A DNA stretch of 64,000 bases from contig CAYMPD010000001.1 in NCBI GenBank assembly GCA_964392445.1, positions 61,030 through 125,029 of the forward strand. Reading direction: 5' to 3'. Shown piece by piece: positions 9,389-17,498 of the stretch. Each line of letters begins with the position of its first letter. The stretch's first letter is position 1. Source of the stretch: an uncultured archaeon. GTDB taxonomy: Archaea > Aenigmatarchaeota > Aenigmatarchaeia > CG10238-14. Position numbers and translations under genes: made by a program. A model generated the notes under the pieces. It had not been told where the DNA came from and searched no databases. It worked only from the letters and a program-made list of their open reading frames with translations.

Positions 9389-9942
9389 AATCTCAACTTC
9401 TTAATCATTTGTTTGATCTTTTTTACTTCTTCTTCTTTTACTTTATCCTTGTATACCCTCCTCAAATACTCGGCGTCTTCCAAGTCTTTGGGGGATTTTA
9501 ATAAGTCTTCCTTAAAGGCTATATTCATGTTAATGGAACTAAACCATACATCTAAACCAGTTAAAGGTAATTTTTCTTTTGTTTCGAATTGATAGTTATC
9601 AAGTTCATCCTTCGCGAATTTAAGTTCAATTTCGGGTAAAGGGTTATCTTCACGGGCATACCTCACAGGGATATTACTATCCAAATAATCATAAATTTCT
9701 TCTAAATCAGGGCTTTGTATACAAGTAAATCCTTCTTCTACTAAATCTTTGTGTAATTTCTTAAAATTCTCATAGCCCATTCTCCGTATTATTATGTCTA
9801 TATCTTCTGTTCCCCGAGTTCTACCTGAGGCTATCACAACAAACCCAGACACTACTATGTACTCTACATGCTCCTCAAGTATTTCACAAAAATCGGAACA
9901 AAACTCATTCAATACATTCTTATCTGATATCTGCCTTTCCAT
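9385..9942 (-). CDS. Nucleotidyltransferase-superfamily protein (DUF6036/AbiE-like)
   Basis: YIVVSGFVVIASGRTRGTEDIDIII matches the G..A....G..R.T.DID pol-beta-type NTase motif. Confidence 0.7.
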   Translation of the reverse strand: MERQISDKNVLNEFCSDFCEILEEHVEYIVVSGFVVIASGRTRGTEDIDIIIRRMGYENFKKLHKDLVEEGFTCIQSPDLEEIYDYLDSNIPVRYAREDNPLPEIELKFAKDELDNYQFETKEKLPLTGLDVWFSSINMNIAFKEDLLKSPKDLEDAEYLRRVYKDKVKEEEVKKIKQMIKKLRL

Positions 9943-9986
9943 GATTATTACTAGAATTCCAGAAATTTATTCTTGAAAAGTGAGAG

Positions 9987-10613
9987 TTATTTCACTACTT
10001 TAACACTCTTAATTACAACATCTTCAGCAGGAACATTCCCGTACATACCTACATTGTGAGTTTTTACCTTAGCTATAGAATCAACAACGTCCATACCTTC
10101 AATCACTTTACCAAAAACAGCATAACCATAAGGATCATTACCTCCTGGATTAAGAAAATCATTATCAACTAGGTTAATGAAAAACTGGGAAGTTGCGGAA
10201 TCAGGGTTGTTTGTCCTTGCCATTGCTATAGTGCCTCTTTCATTTGTTAGTCCACTGTCCTTGGCTTCGTTCTTGATAGTTGAGTATTTCGTTTCTTTTT
10301 CAGTCATTCCAGGTTCAAATCCTCCGCCCTGTATCATAAATCCATCTATCACTCTGTGAAAGATTAGTCCATCATAAAACCTATTCTCGACATACTTGAG
10401 GAAATTCTCGGTTGTTTTAGGTGCTCTTTGTCCATCTAACTCCAAAACGATTGTCCCCTTATTCGTTACCATCTCGACATTGACCATACCCGAAACTTTG
10501 TTGTTAGAAATATTAATTAGTTTGTAACCGAAAAATGTAAGAACCACCAAAATTGTTATTAAACCTAGTATCAAATATTTTCTCTCTATCTGAATTTCCA
10601 CTGACATGAACAA
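9987..10613 (-). CDS. ppiA: Cyclophilin-type peptidyl-prolyl cis-trans isomerase with N-terminal TM anchor
   Basis: [39 protein letters not shown] and [10 protein letters not shown] motifs. Confidence 0.93.
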   Translation of the reverse strand: MFMSVEIQIERKYLILGLITILVVLTFFGYKLINISNNKVSGMVNVEMVTNKGTIVLELDGQRAPKTTENFLKYVENRFYDGLIFHRVIDGFMIQGGGFEPGMTEKETKYSTIKNEAKDSGLTNERGTIAMARTNNPDSATSQFFINLVDNDFLNPGGNDPYGYAVFGKVIEGMDVVDSIAKVKTHNVGMYGNVPAEDVVIKSVKVVK

Positions 10614-10647
10614 TATTTGAAAAATAGATTATTATTTTTTACCGAAA

Positions 10648-10749
10648 GTGAGAGTTAAACTAACAATTTTAGATTTAATTATTGCCTCTATAGGTCTTAT
10701 TTTATTAGGACTAGGATATATAGACCAATGTAATTGTGTGAGTATTTGA
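10648..10749 (+). CDS. Possible 33-aa membrane peptide starting at the GTG inside the 13-mer
   Basis: Hand translation MRVKLTILDLIIASIGLILLGLGYIDQCNCVSI gives one hydrophobic helix. No SD seen. Confidence 0.35.
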   Translation: MRVKLTILDLIIASIGLILLGLGYIDQCNCVSI

Positions 10750-10867
10750 TCAGGTGATAGACTGAAGGAACCCAGATAGATTCCTTTTCAGGTCCCTGAA
10801 AAGGGGATTTATATAGTTTCATCACCACCAAAATGCTTAATTTAGAGGTCATGTATATATTTCTTGT

Positions 10868-11749
10868 ATGAAAATTGTTATTTTAGGCTCCCCAGAAAGG
10901 AGAAAAAAAGACTTAGAACTCCTGAAAGACGCAAAAGGGGTTTTTGATAAAGCTTTATATGTTTCAATAGATTCCGTTAAGTTGGAGGTATCAGACGAAA
11001 TGAAAGTATCCTTCGAAAAGACTGATCTTTCAGATTTCGACGTAATTCTCCCTGTGCCCACATATGAACACAAAGAAACCTATTATATGTGTCTGAAAAT
11101 TCTTGAAAAAAGTTGTTATGTTCCATACAAGAGCGATGATTTCTTTTTACTCTGGAACAAACCACTTTTAATAAAGAAACTTCAAGAGAGTGATATTAAC
11201 GTGAGGAAAACAGTTGTAGTCGCATCTAATTATATACCCGAAAATGCTGTAAAAGAATTGAAATTGCCTATCATTGTTAATTCATATAAGGGGAAAGTTT
11301 TGGTCACCGACAAAAATACCCTTAAGGATGTTATGGATTTATTTAAAAAAGGTATAATGAATAGACTTGAGAAGCCTATATCGGCTAATAAGAGTATCTG
11401 GTGCTTTATTGTCGGTGACGAAGTTATTGGTTGTTATGAAAAAGTAGGTGATGAGAGAAAAAGAATGACTAAAGCCAGTTCGGATATTACTAAATTATCT
11501 AAAAGGATAAAATCCATTGTCAATACTGATTTCTGCATAATTAATTTCCTAGAAACTAAAGACAAAATAATCGTAAAAAATATTAGTGTGACACCAGATT
11601 TCCCGTTGTTTGAAAAAATCACAGGTAAAAACCTAGGCTTGAGTTTACTAATTTATGTTAAAAGCCAGATTGAAGAAGAAAAACTTCCTTTTATAACGAA
11701 ATTCATAATAGACGTTATGGATTTATTGAAAAGGTTGGTGAAACAATGA
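10868..11749 (+). CDS. Degenerate RimK-like ATP-grasp paralog
   Basis: N-terminus parallels the neighbouring RimK (KKDLELLKDAKGVFD..LSDFDVILP; WNKPLL). The Gly-rich loop (GSxGxG) is absent. Confidence 0.65.
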   Translation: MKIVILGSPERRKKDLELLKDAKGVFDKALYVSIDSVKLEVSDEMKVSFEKTDLSDFDVILPVPTYEHKETYYMCLKILEKSCYVPYKSDDFFLLWNKPLLIKKLQESDINVRKTVVVASNYIPENAVKELKLPIIVNSYKGKVLVTDKNTLKDVMDLFKKGIMNRLEKPISANKSIWCFIVGDEVIGCYEKVGDERKRMTKASSDITKLSKRIKSIVNTDFCIINFLETKDKIIVKNISVTPDFPLFEKITGKNLGLSLLIYVKSQIEEEKLPFITKFIIDVMDLLKRLVKQ

Positions 11750-12612
11750 AAATAGCGATATTGGGTAAAGTAAAAAGGAGTTACGAAGAAATAAAGATCA
11801 TAAAAGAAGCGAAGAAAGTTTTTAACTCTGTTTTATATTTACCTATACCAGAAGCGAGGATAGAGATAAATTCCGACTTCAGTGTTAAATTTAAGAACGA
11901 AGATTTGTCGGACTTTGACTGTATATTACCAAGGATTCCCCGAAGTTATAGGACATATGGATTCACGTTATTGTCAGCTCTTAAAGGCAAAACATTTGTG
12001 CCAATAGAGCCAATGTCCTTGTTCAACTGTCATAATAAATTCCTAACCCTCATGATACTGAATGAAGAGGGTTTACCTGTACCTAAAACATTACTATCCG
12101 AAAAGAGAAAAATCATCGAGGATTCCTTGGATGAAATAGGTTATCCAGTTGTAATGAAACTTCTCTACGGTTCCATGGGGAAAGGTGTAATGTTTGCAGA
12201 CGGCAAACAATCTGCTATAAGTTTCATGGACACACTTGAAAGATTCGACGAACCAATTTTCGTCGAGGAATTTGTTCCAAATAATGGAGAGGATATTAGA
12301 ATTTACATGGTAGATCATGAACCCATTGCTTGTATGAAGAGAGTGGCAAAAGAAGGGGAAAAAAGGTCTAATATTGGGATTGGGGGAAAAGGGGAAAAGT
12401 ACATATTGCCTGAAAAATACGAAGATCTGGTCCACAGTGCATCCAAGTCACTTGAAGCCAGGATTTGTGGCTTGGATTTGATGGAATCCAAGAAAGGACC
12501 CGTTTTTATTGAAGCTAATATCAACGCCCAATTCAAGGGACTAGAAGAAGCTACCAAAATCAACGTTGCAAAAATTATAATAGAATTTATGAAGAGCTGT
12601 GTGAAAGAGTGA
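11746..12612 (+). CDS. rimK: RimK-family alpha-L-glutamate ligase (ATP-grasp)
   Basis: NKFLT, PVPKT, PVVMKLLYGSMGKGV, EEFVP..GEDIRI, RSNIGIGG and EANIN motifs. Confidence 0.85.
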   Translation: MKIAILGKVKRSYEEIKIIKEAKKVFNSVLYLPIPEARIEINSDFSVKFKNEDLSDFDCILPRIPRSYRTYGFTLLSALKGKTFVPIEPMSLFNCHNKFLTLMILNEEGLPVPKTLLSEKRKIIEDSLDEIGYPVVMKLLYGSMGKGVMFADGKQSAISFMDTLERFDEPIFVEEFVPNNGEDIRIYMVDHEPIACMKRVAKEGEKRSNIGIGGKGEKYILPEKYEDLVHSASKSLEARICGLDLMESKKGPVFIEANINAQFKGLEEATKINVAKIIIEFMKSCVKE

Positions 12613-12616
12613 AAGA

Positions 12617-13453
12617 ATGGATTTTCTTAGATTTAGTGACTTAAAATCAATGGATAGTTTTCTAGAGGAGATTAGTGTCAAAAGAGAAGACAAAATGGAG
12701 TATTACAAATTTAGCAAGTTCGAGGAGAACAGAATTCTTTTTACAGCCGAGCACAGCAAAATCGTGAAATTTCAGACCTCTAAATTCCCAAGACCCAATT
12801 GTATCGAATTAGGTGATAGAAATACTGACAAAATCGCTAAACTGATGTCCTACAAACTTAAATCTGGGTATCTTATTTTCGGGTACCCGAGAACGGAAGT
12901 TGATGCATCAAGATCTTTCAGAACTTTGGGTGGAGATGAAAAAATAAAGGCTGCAGTTACAAGAAAAAAAGAATTATTAGGAAAAGTGGATGTAAAGATA
13001 CACCAAAATGAGAAATATTTGTCAAACCTTCAGAAATACCATTCTATAGTTGAAAAATCGAACCCTAAGATAATAGCGTCCATCCATGGTATACAGAGGA
13101 GACACAAAAATGATGTAGTTTTTGGGTTAGGTGAGAATTCTGAGTATGTGGGTGGGGCGAAGGAAGAGAAAAGGTTAATGAATATACTCGAAAAAAATCT
13201 TGAAGAAAATGGTCAATCAGACTTGAAATTCAGAGTTTCAAAAAAATATTATACTGGTAAAAGGAATTTTGTTTTACATCGAAATATCCTCGAGTTCAAT
13301 AGAAGTAATCCAGAAAAAAGGTACGGCATGCAGATAGAATTTAATAGGAGAACCAGAGTGGGAGATAAATCCAAAGAGTTCATAAAAAAGAAATATCAAA
13401 TTGTATGTCAAATAATAGCGGATTCAATTTTAGAGTGGGGAAAACCTAAATGA
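12617..13453 (+). CDS. Putative N-formylglutamate amidohydrolase-like (Zn exopeptidase fold) hydrolase
   Basis: FTAEHS, PRTEVDASR, IASIHG and GMQIEF resemble the FGase-superfamily H / PR.xD.NR / (D/S)xH(G/S) / QIE motifs. Confidence 0.5.
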   Translation: MDFLRFSDLKSMDSFLEEISVKREDKMEYYKFSKFEENRILFTAEHSKIVKFQTSKFPRPNCIELGDRNTDKIAKLMSYKLKSGYLIFGYPRTEVDASRSFRTLGGDEKIKAAVTRKKELLGKVDVKIHQNEKYLSNLQKYHSIVEKSNPKIIASIHGIQRRHKNDVVFGLGENSEYVGGAKEEKRLMNILEKNLEENGQSDLKFRVSKKYYTGKRNFVLHRNILEFNRSNPEKRYGMQIEFNRRTRVGDKSKEFIKKKYQIVCQIIADSILEWGKPK

Positions 13454-13638
13454 GTCGATCCAAATAGATTCCTATTCAGGTAAGGGACCCAAAGAAGCCT
13501 AGATGCTCAGAAATGATGGGATTATTTCAATGGAGGGTGTGAAAAAGTATTATGATAAAAAACCATGAGTATCAAAAAAGTGAGAGTTAAATACAAAAAA
13601 TTTAACTGATAAAACCAAATTAATTCAGAGGTGAGTTC

Positions 13639-14235
13639 ATGGGAGATGTATGGCAAAGGACATTATTTATGGTTAAACCTGATGGTGTTAAAAGAGGGTT
13701 AGTGGGAGAGTGTTTTAGAAGAGCAGAGAACGCTGGATTAAGTGTTATAGCAATGAAAATGATCCATCCAACAAGAGAACAGGCGGATAGACATTATCCA
13801 AGTGAGGAAGATGATAAAGACTGGTTCCTAAAGGTAGCCGAGAAAGGAAGAAAAGGATACGAGAAAAGAGGTTTAGAATTTCCTTACGATGATATGGAAT
13901 ATGCCAGAAACATCAAAAAATGGTTAGTTGATTACTTATCTTCTGGTCCTGTTGTTGCTTCGGTTTTAGAAGGTCCAAATGCGATTAGTATGGTTAGGAA
14001 GATTTGTGGAGCAACGGAGCCTGCTCAAGCGGAAATAGGTACAATAAGGGGAGATTTCTCGGTTGATAGTTACAAACTGGCAAATAAACTAGAAAGACCA
14101 CTCAAGAACATAGTTCATGCAGCATCCAGTCCTAAAGACGCGGAGAAAGAGATTAAAGTTTGGTTTAGTGAAGATGAAATAATGGAATATAAGAGAGCGG
14201 AAGAAGGTGTGATGTTCGATCCAATCGAAAAGTGA
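13639..14235 (+). CDS. ndk: Nucleoside diphosphate kinase (long form with insertion)
   Basis: RTLFMVKPDGVKRGL, SGPVVA, GTIRGDF and NIVHAASS motifs. SD GAGGTGAG. Confidence 0.93.
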   Translation: MGDVWQRTLFMVKPDGVKRGLVGECFRRAENAGLSVIAMKMIHPTREQADRHYPSEEDDKDWFLKVAEKGRKGYEKRGLEFPYDDMEYARNIKKWLVDYLSSGPVVASVLEGPNAISMVRKICGATEPAQAEIGTIRGDFSVDSYKLANKLERPLKNIVHAASSPKDAEKEIKVWFSEDEIMEYKRAEEGVMFDPIEK

Positions 14236-14248
14236 GACTTCACAGGGT

Positions 14249-15166
14249 AAAATCCTCGTCACTAGTTACAAAAATCCAGACTTAGACGGAACTGCATGTA
14301 TGGTTGGTTATTCTGAATTGCTTAGAAAGAAAGGTGAGGATGCTAGTCCAGGTTATTTTGGAAATCTTCAAAGGGAGACTAAGTATCTTCTTAAGAAATT
14401 CCGTATCTCTAGACCTAAGAAGGGTGAGGATCTAATCGAAAAGTGTGATAAGGTTGTAGTAGTTGACAATGTTAACCCCATTGGTTTATCGGAAAAAATA
14501 GACCTTGAAAAGGTCGTGGAAGTTATCGATCACCATTATTCTGAAAAGAGACTTTTGAAAGAATATCCTAATGCTAAAGGGGAGATAGAAGAGGTTGGAG
14601 CGGCAGCAACATTAATAGTTGAAAAGTATATGGAATCTGAAATACCGATCGACAGAGATCCTGCAATCTTGCTTTACAGTGGCATTATTTCCAATACCTT
14701 GAATTTCCAATCAAATACAACAACTGAAAGGGATAAGAAAGCTGCGAAATGGTTGAGAAAGTTAATTGATATCCCTAAAACTTTTGCAAGAGATATGTTC
14801 GCCTCGAAATCGGATCTAAGTGATAAGAAAATTTATGATGTGTTAACTGGTGATTTGAAAGAACTGAAAGATGATTCTCTTTATATTGCACAACTAGAGA
14901 TAATTGATTTAGAAAAAACAGTGAGAGAAGGGAAAGAGGAAATAACCAAAGCGCTCAAGACGATTAAAAAAGAAAAAAGTGGAAAATATGTCTTCCTAAC
15001 GGGAATGGATCTCGAGAAAGGATTCAATCTCTTTTTGGTAGTGGATGATAAAAGTAAGGAACTTCTTGAGAAAGCTCTAAATGTTAAATTTGTTAATAAT
15101 ATAGCCAGGCGAGAAGGATTAATCATGAGAAAGGAAATAATACCAATAATTGAAAAATACTTGTGA
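14249..15166 (+). CDS. ppaC: Mn-dependent family II inorganic pyrophosphatase (DHH/DHHA2), conserved N-terminus lacks an in-frame start codon
   Basis: In-frame KILVTSYKNPDLDGTAC lies upstream of the track ATG (14300). VVVVDN, VIDHH, GIISNT and GLIMRKEII motifs. Confidence 0.88.
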   Translation, partial: KILVTSYKNPDLDGTACMVGYSELLRKKGEDASPGYFGNLQRETKYLLKKFRISRPKKGEDLIEKCDKVVVVDNVNPIGLSEKIDLEKVVEVIDHHYSEKRLLKEYPNAKGEIEEVGAAATLIVEKYMESEIPIDRDPAILLYSGIISNTLNFQSNTTTERDKKAAKWLRKLIDIPKTFARDMFASKSDLSDKKIYDVLTGDLKELKDDSLYIAQLEIIDLEKTVREGKEEITKALKTIKKEKSGKYVFLTGMDLEKGFNLFLVVDDKSKELLEKALNVKFVNNIARREGLIMRKEIIPIIEKYL

Positions 15167-15178
15167 AAAGTGAGAGTT

Positions 15179-15655
15179 ATGAAACCAGGTAAAGACTTCA
15201 TTGGCTTAGGAGTAGGAGCAATAATACAAAACGAAAAGGACCAAGTCCTACTTCTTAAAAGACCAGATACAATAACCCCTGATAGAACAACATCTGGAAT
15301 GTGGTCAGTTCCTGGGGGTGAAGTTAAGTTTATGGAAAAAGTTGAAGATGCACTCAAACGAGAAGTGAGAGAAGAGATAGGAGTGGAAGTTGAAATAATT
15401 AAACCTATAGAATATCATGATCAGATACTAGATGAATCCCAAGTACACTGGCATTGTCAATCATTTCTTTGCAAAATTAAAGAGGGTAAACCTGAAATAC
15501 ATGAACCAAGTAAATGTGAGGATTTGAAGTGGTTTGATACTGATATTCTCCCCGAGAAGTGTGGTATAGCCCATATTGTTGTTCCTCTGTACAAGCTTGG
15601 CTGGATTAGTAAGAGTGAGTATGAAAGGAGATTAAGAAACACCCCCGAGAGTTGA
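15179..15655 (+). CDS. NUDIX hydrolase
   Basis: Nudix box GGEVKFMEKVEDALKREVREEIG. The ATG overlaps the last base of the 13-mer. Confidence 0.9.
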   Translation: MKPGKDFIGLGVGAIIQNEKDQVLLLKRPDTITPDRTTSGMWSVPGGEVKFMEKVEDALKREVREEIGVEVEIIKPIEYHDQILDESQVHWHCQSFLCKIKEGKPEIHEPSKCEDLKWFDTDILPEKCGIAHIVVPLYKLGWISKSEYERRLRNTPES

Positions 15656-15660
15656 TTAGT

Positions 15661-16194
15661 ATGGATATAGAAATTTTCAAGAAAAATAAAAAGTCTCTCC
15701 TAGTCATGGGAATTGGTATTATAATAGGGATGATCGGGCTTTTTCTGTTCCCAACTTTTCTAATCTTTACTATTTTTCTTGTAGGTACTGGAATCTTAAA
15801 CTTCGTACAGAGTAGGATGGAACTTCCATTTGACCTGACACCCTCCTTAGCTATCTTGATTCTCTTCTCGATAAAATTAGGATTTCTTGAGGGGATGATA
15901 TTTCTGATATTGGGTTCTATAATACCCGGGATACTGGGAGGGGGATTTAATCACATGACTTTATTTTTCTTCCTTTTAGCTATGGGTATAAGTTATCTGG
16001 GATCATCATCTTTAATTGGGGACTTGAGAATCTATGGTATTGTCCTTATTGTGATTCAAGGCGTCTTTAGTTATCTAATCATAAAGCTCTTTTCGGTTGA
16101 TCCTACGGATATTTTATCTGTTTTTCTAGGGTTCTTTGTAAACATTAGTTATTTTTTAGTTTTAAGTGAGTTAATAGCGAGCGTATTGGTTTGA
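15661..16194 (+). CDS. Multi-pass membrane protein
   Basis: About 6 hydrophobic segments. Confidence 0.7.
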   Translation: MDIEIFKKNKKSLLVMGIGIIIGMIGLFLFPTFLIFTIFLVGTGILNFVQSRMELPFDLTPSLAILILFSIKLGFLEGMIFLILGSIIPGILGGGFNHMTLFFFLLAMGISYLGSSSLIGDLRIYGIVLIVIQGVFSYLIIKLFSVDPTDILSVFLGFFVNISYFLVLSELIASVLV

Positions 16195-16231
16195 ATGATA
16201 CTTATTTCTTTATTTTCCTAAAAAGTGAGAC

Positions 16232-16417
16232 ATGAGTTATTGGTATTGTTTGGATTGCAGAAAAGTCGTGGATACTTATATGGATATTTTCAAAGCTTTC
16301 TCGCTTTGCTGTAAAGAGTGTGGGAGTACTAGGTTGTTGAAATTGAATAAGATGGATGAGAAAGAGTTTGATAAATTTGTTGAAGAATTCAAAAGGAAGA
16401 CTGGGGAGGTTGAGTGA
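16232..16417 (+). CDS. Small zinc-ribbon protein
   Basis: CLDC and CKEC pairs in 61 aa. The ATG follows the degenerate repeat at 16222. Confidence 0.6.
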   Translation: MSYWYCLDCRKVVDTYMDIFKAFSLCCKECGSTRLLKLNKMDEKEFDKFVEEFKRKTGEVE

Positions 16418-16418
16418 A

Positions 16419-16823
16419 GTGAAGGTTTATGTTGCGTCTAGATTTAATAATCAGCAAAAAGTCAAAGAAATTTATAGGGAACTGATTGAAAATGGGTTTG
16501 AAATAACTGTTGATTGGACCAAACATAAAAAAGTGAAGCCTTATGAAAAGAATCCTAAAATGTCTGAGAAATATTCAAAGGAAGATATCGAGGGGGTAAA
16601 AGATTCTGATATTTTAATTTTGTTGACTACTGAAAACCCTGGTAAAGGCATGTTTGTAGAAATGGGGGCTGCTATAATAGTAAATATACTTACAGGAAAA
16701 CCAAAGATTTACATAATTGGAGATTATAATAAACAATCCCTATTTTACTTTCATCCGAACGTTAAGCGCCTAAACACGATAGAAGATGTTATTGAAGACT
16801 TGAAGAAAAGTGAGGTTTCATGA
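16419..16823 (+). CDS. Nucleoside 2-deoxyribosyltransferase-like / N-glycosidase protein
   Basis: KVYVAS, DIEGVKDSDIL and GMFVEMGAA motifs. GTG 16419 has SD GGAGGT. Confidence 0.78.
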   Translation: MKVYVASRFNNQQKVKEIYRELIENGFEITVDWTKHKKVKPYEKNPKMSEKYSKEDIEGVKDSDILILLTTENPGKGMFVEMGAAIIVNILTGKPKIYIIGDYNKQSLFYFHPNVKRLNTIEDVIEDLKKSEVS

Positions 16824-17185
16824 CCAAAGAAATGACCTTAAAAGAACTCCAAAAGGTTCAGAAAGAGTTCGATGAAAAATACTTTAGTAAATACTGGATT
16901 GATAAGGAAGATATAGATCAGAAGATTAACTTTCTCAAAGACATGGCCATAGCCTTAACAGGAGAATTAGGTGAATTCGCAAACATCATCAAAAAAGTGA
17001 GTAGGGACAGAAAGAATCTTGGTAAAGAACCTAATAAGGAAAATATCCAGAAACTCAAGGAGGAATTGACGGATTGTTTTATTTACCTTATAATCCTATC
17101 CAACATACTCGAAATGGACATAGAAAAACAGTATCTAAAGAAGACAAATCTAAATCACAAAAGATTTCAGAAGTACTTAAAATAG
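16820..17185 (+). CDS. MazG-like all-alpha nucleotide pyrophosphohydrolase
   Basis: LTGELGEFANIIKK and EELTDCFIYL ExxE/ExxD motifs. Confidence 0.82.
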   Translation: MTKEMTLKELQKVQKEFDEKYFSKYWIDKEDIDQKINFLKDMAIALTGELGEFANIIKKVSRDRKNLGKEPNKENIQKLKEELTDCFIYLIILSNILEMDIEKQYLKKTNLNHKRFQKYLK

Positions 17186-17203
17186 AAGTGGAAAAAGAAA
17201 AAA

Positions 17204-17314
17204 CTACTTACTAAATATCATACTTCCTATTAATGGTATTAGAGCTGCTCCGAAGAGTAAGCCCATTACCAATAATGTTCCACCAACTTGAGTGCTGGCA
17301 AATTGTAATGACAT
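17204..17314 (-). CDS. Possible 36-aa membrane peptide
   Basis: Hand translation MSLQFASTQVGGTLLVMGLLFGAALIPLIGSMIFSK, below the ORF-track cutoff. Confidence 0.45.
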   Translation of the reverse strand: MSLQFASTQVGGTLLVMGLLFGAALIPLIGSMIFSK

Positions 17315-17498
17315 AACTAATTACTTTCATAGTATGATTTAAAAGCTTTGGAGGTATTTTATTACAGAAATACTTAAATTACCCTTCTAAAAACCACTTT
17401 TGTTGGTATTTAATATATGTTAAAATGAAGTGAAAATTAAATTGAAATTTGGGAAAAGTTAAATATTTATATTACAAAATCCTATATAGTAAGATTAT

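Larger units (their letters stand above)
10772..13481 (+). repeat. 22-bp direct repeat CCA(G/A)ATAGATTCCT(T/A)TTCAGGT flanking the RimK operon
   Basis: Copies at 10772-10793 and 13460-13481, 20/22 identical. Confidence 0.8.
8267..16819 (+). repeat. Dispersed co-oriented 13-bp direct repeat AAAGTGAGAGTTA at gene boundaries
   Basis: Exact copies at 8267-8279, 9160-9172, 9977-9989, 10645-10657, 13577-13589 and 15167-15179. Degenerate copies (10-11/13) at 8778, 14229, 16222 and 16807. All are on the + strand and all lie at gene junctions. Confidence 0.9.

Noticed and set aside
10753-10830. tRNA-like element (GGTGAT...ATCACC-A-CCA, 78 nt)
   Set aside because: There is no T-arm or TTC loop and no D-arm, the seventh acceptor pair mismatches, and the segment contains a TATA box for the downstream operon.
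8267-15179. CRISPR array or classical integron attC sites as the explanation for the 13-mer
   Set aside because: Spacing is 0.7-2.9 kb with whole genes between copies, which is not CRISPR-like. No RYYYAAC...GTTRRRY hairpins flank the sites, and no intI or cas gene is in the window.
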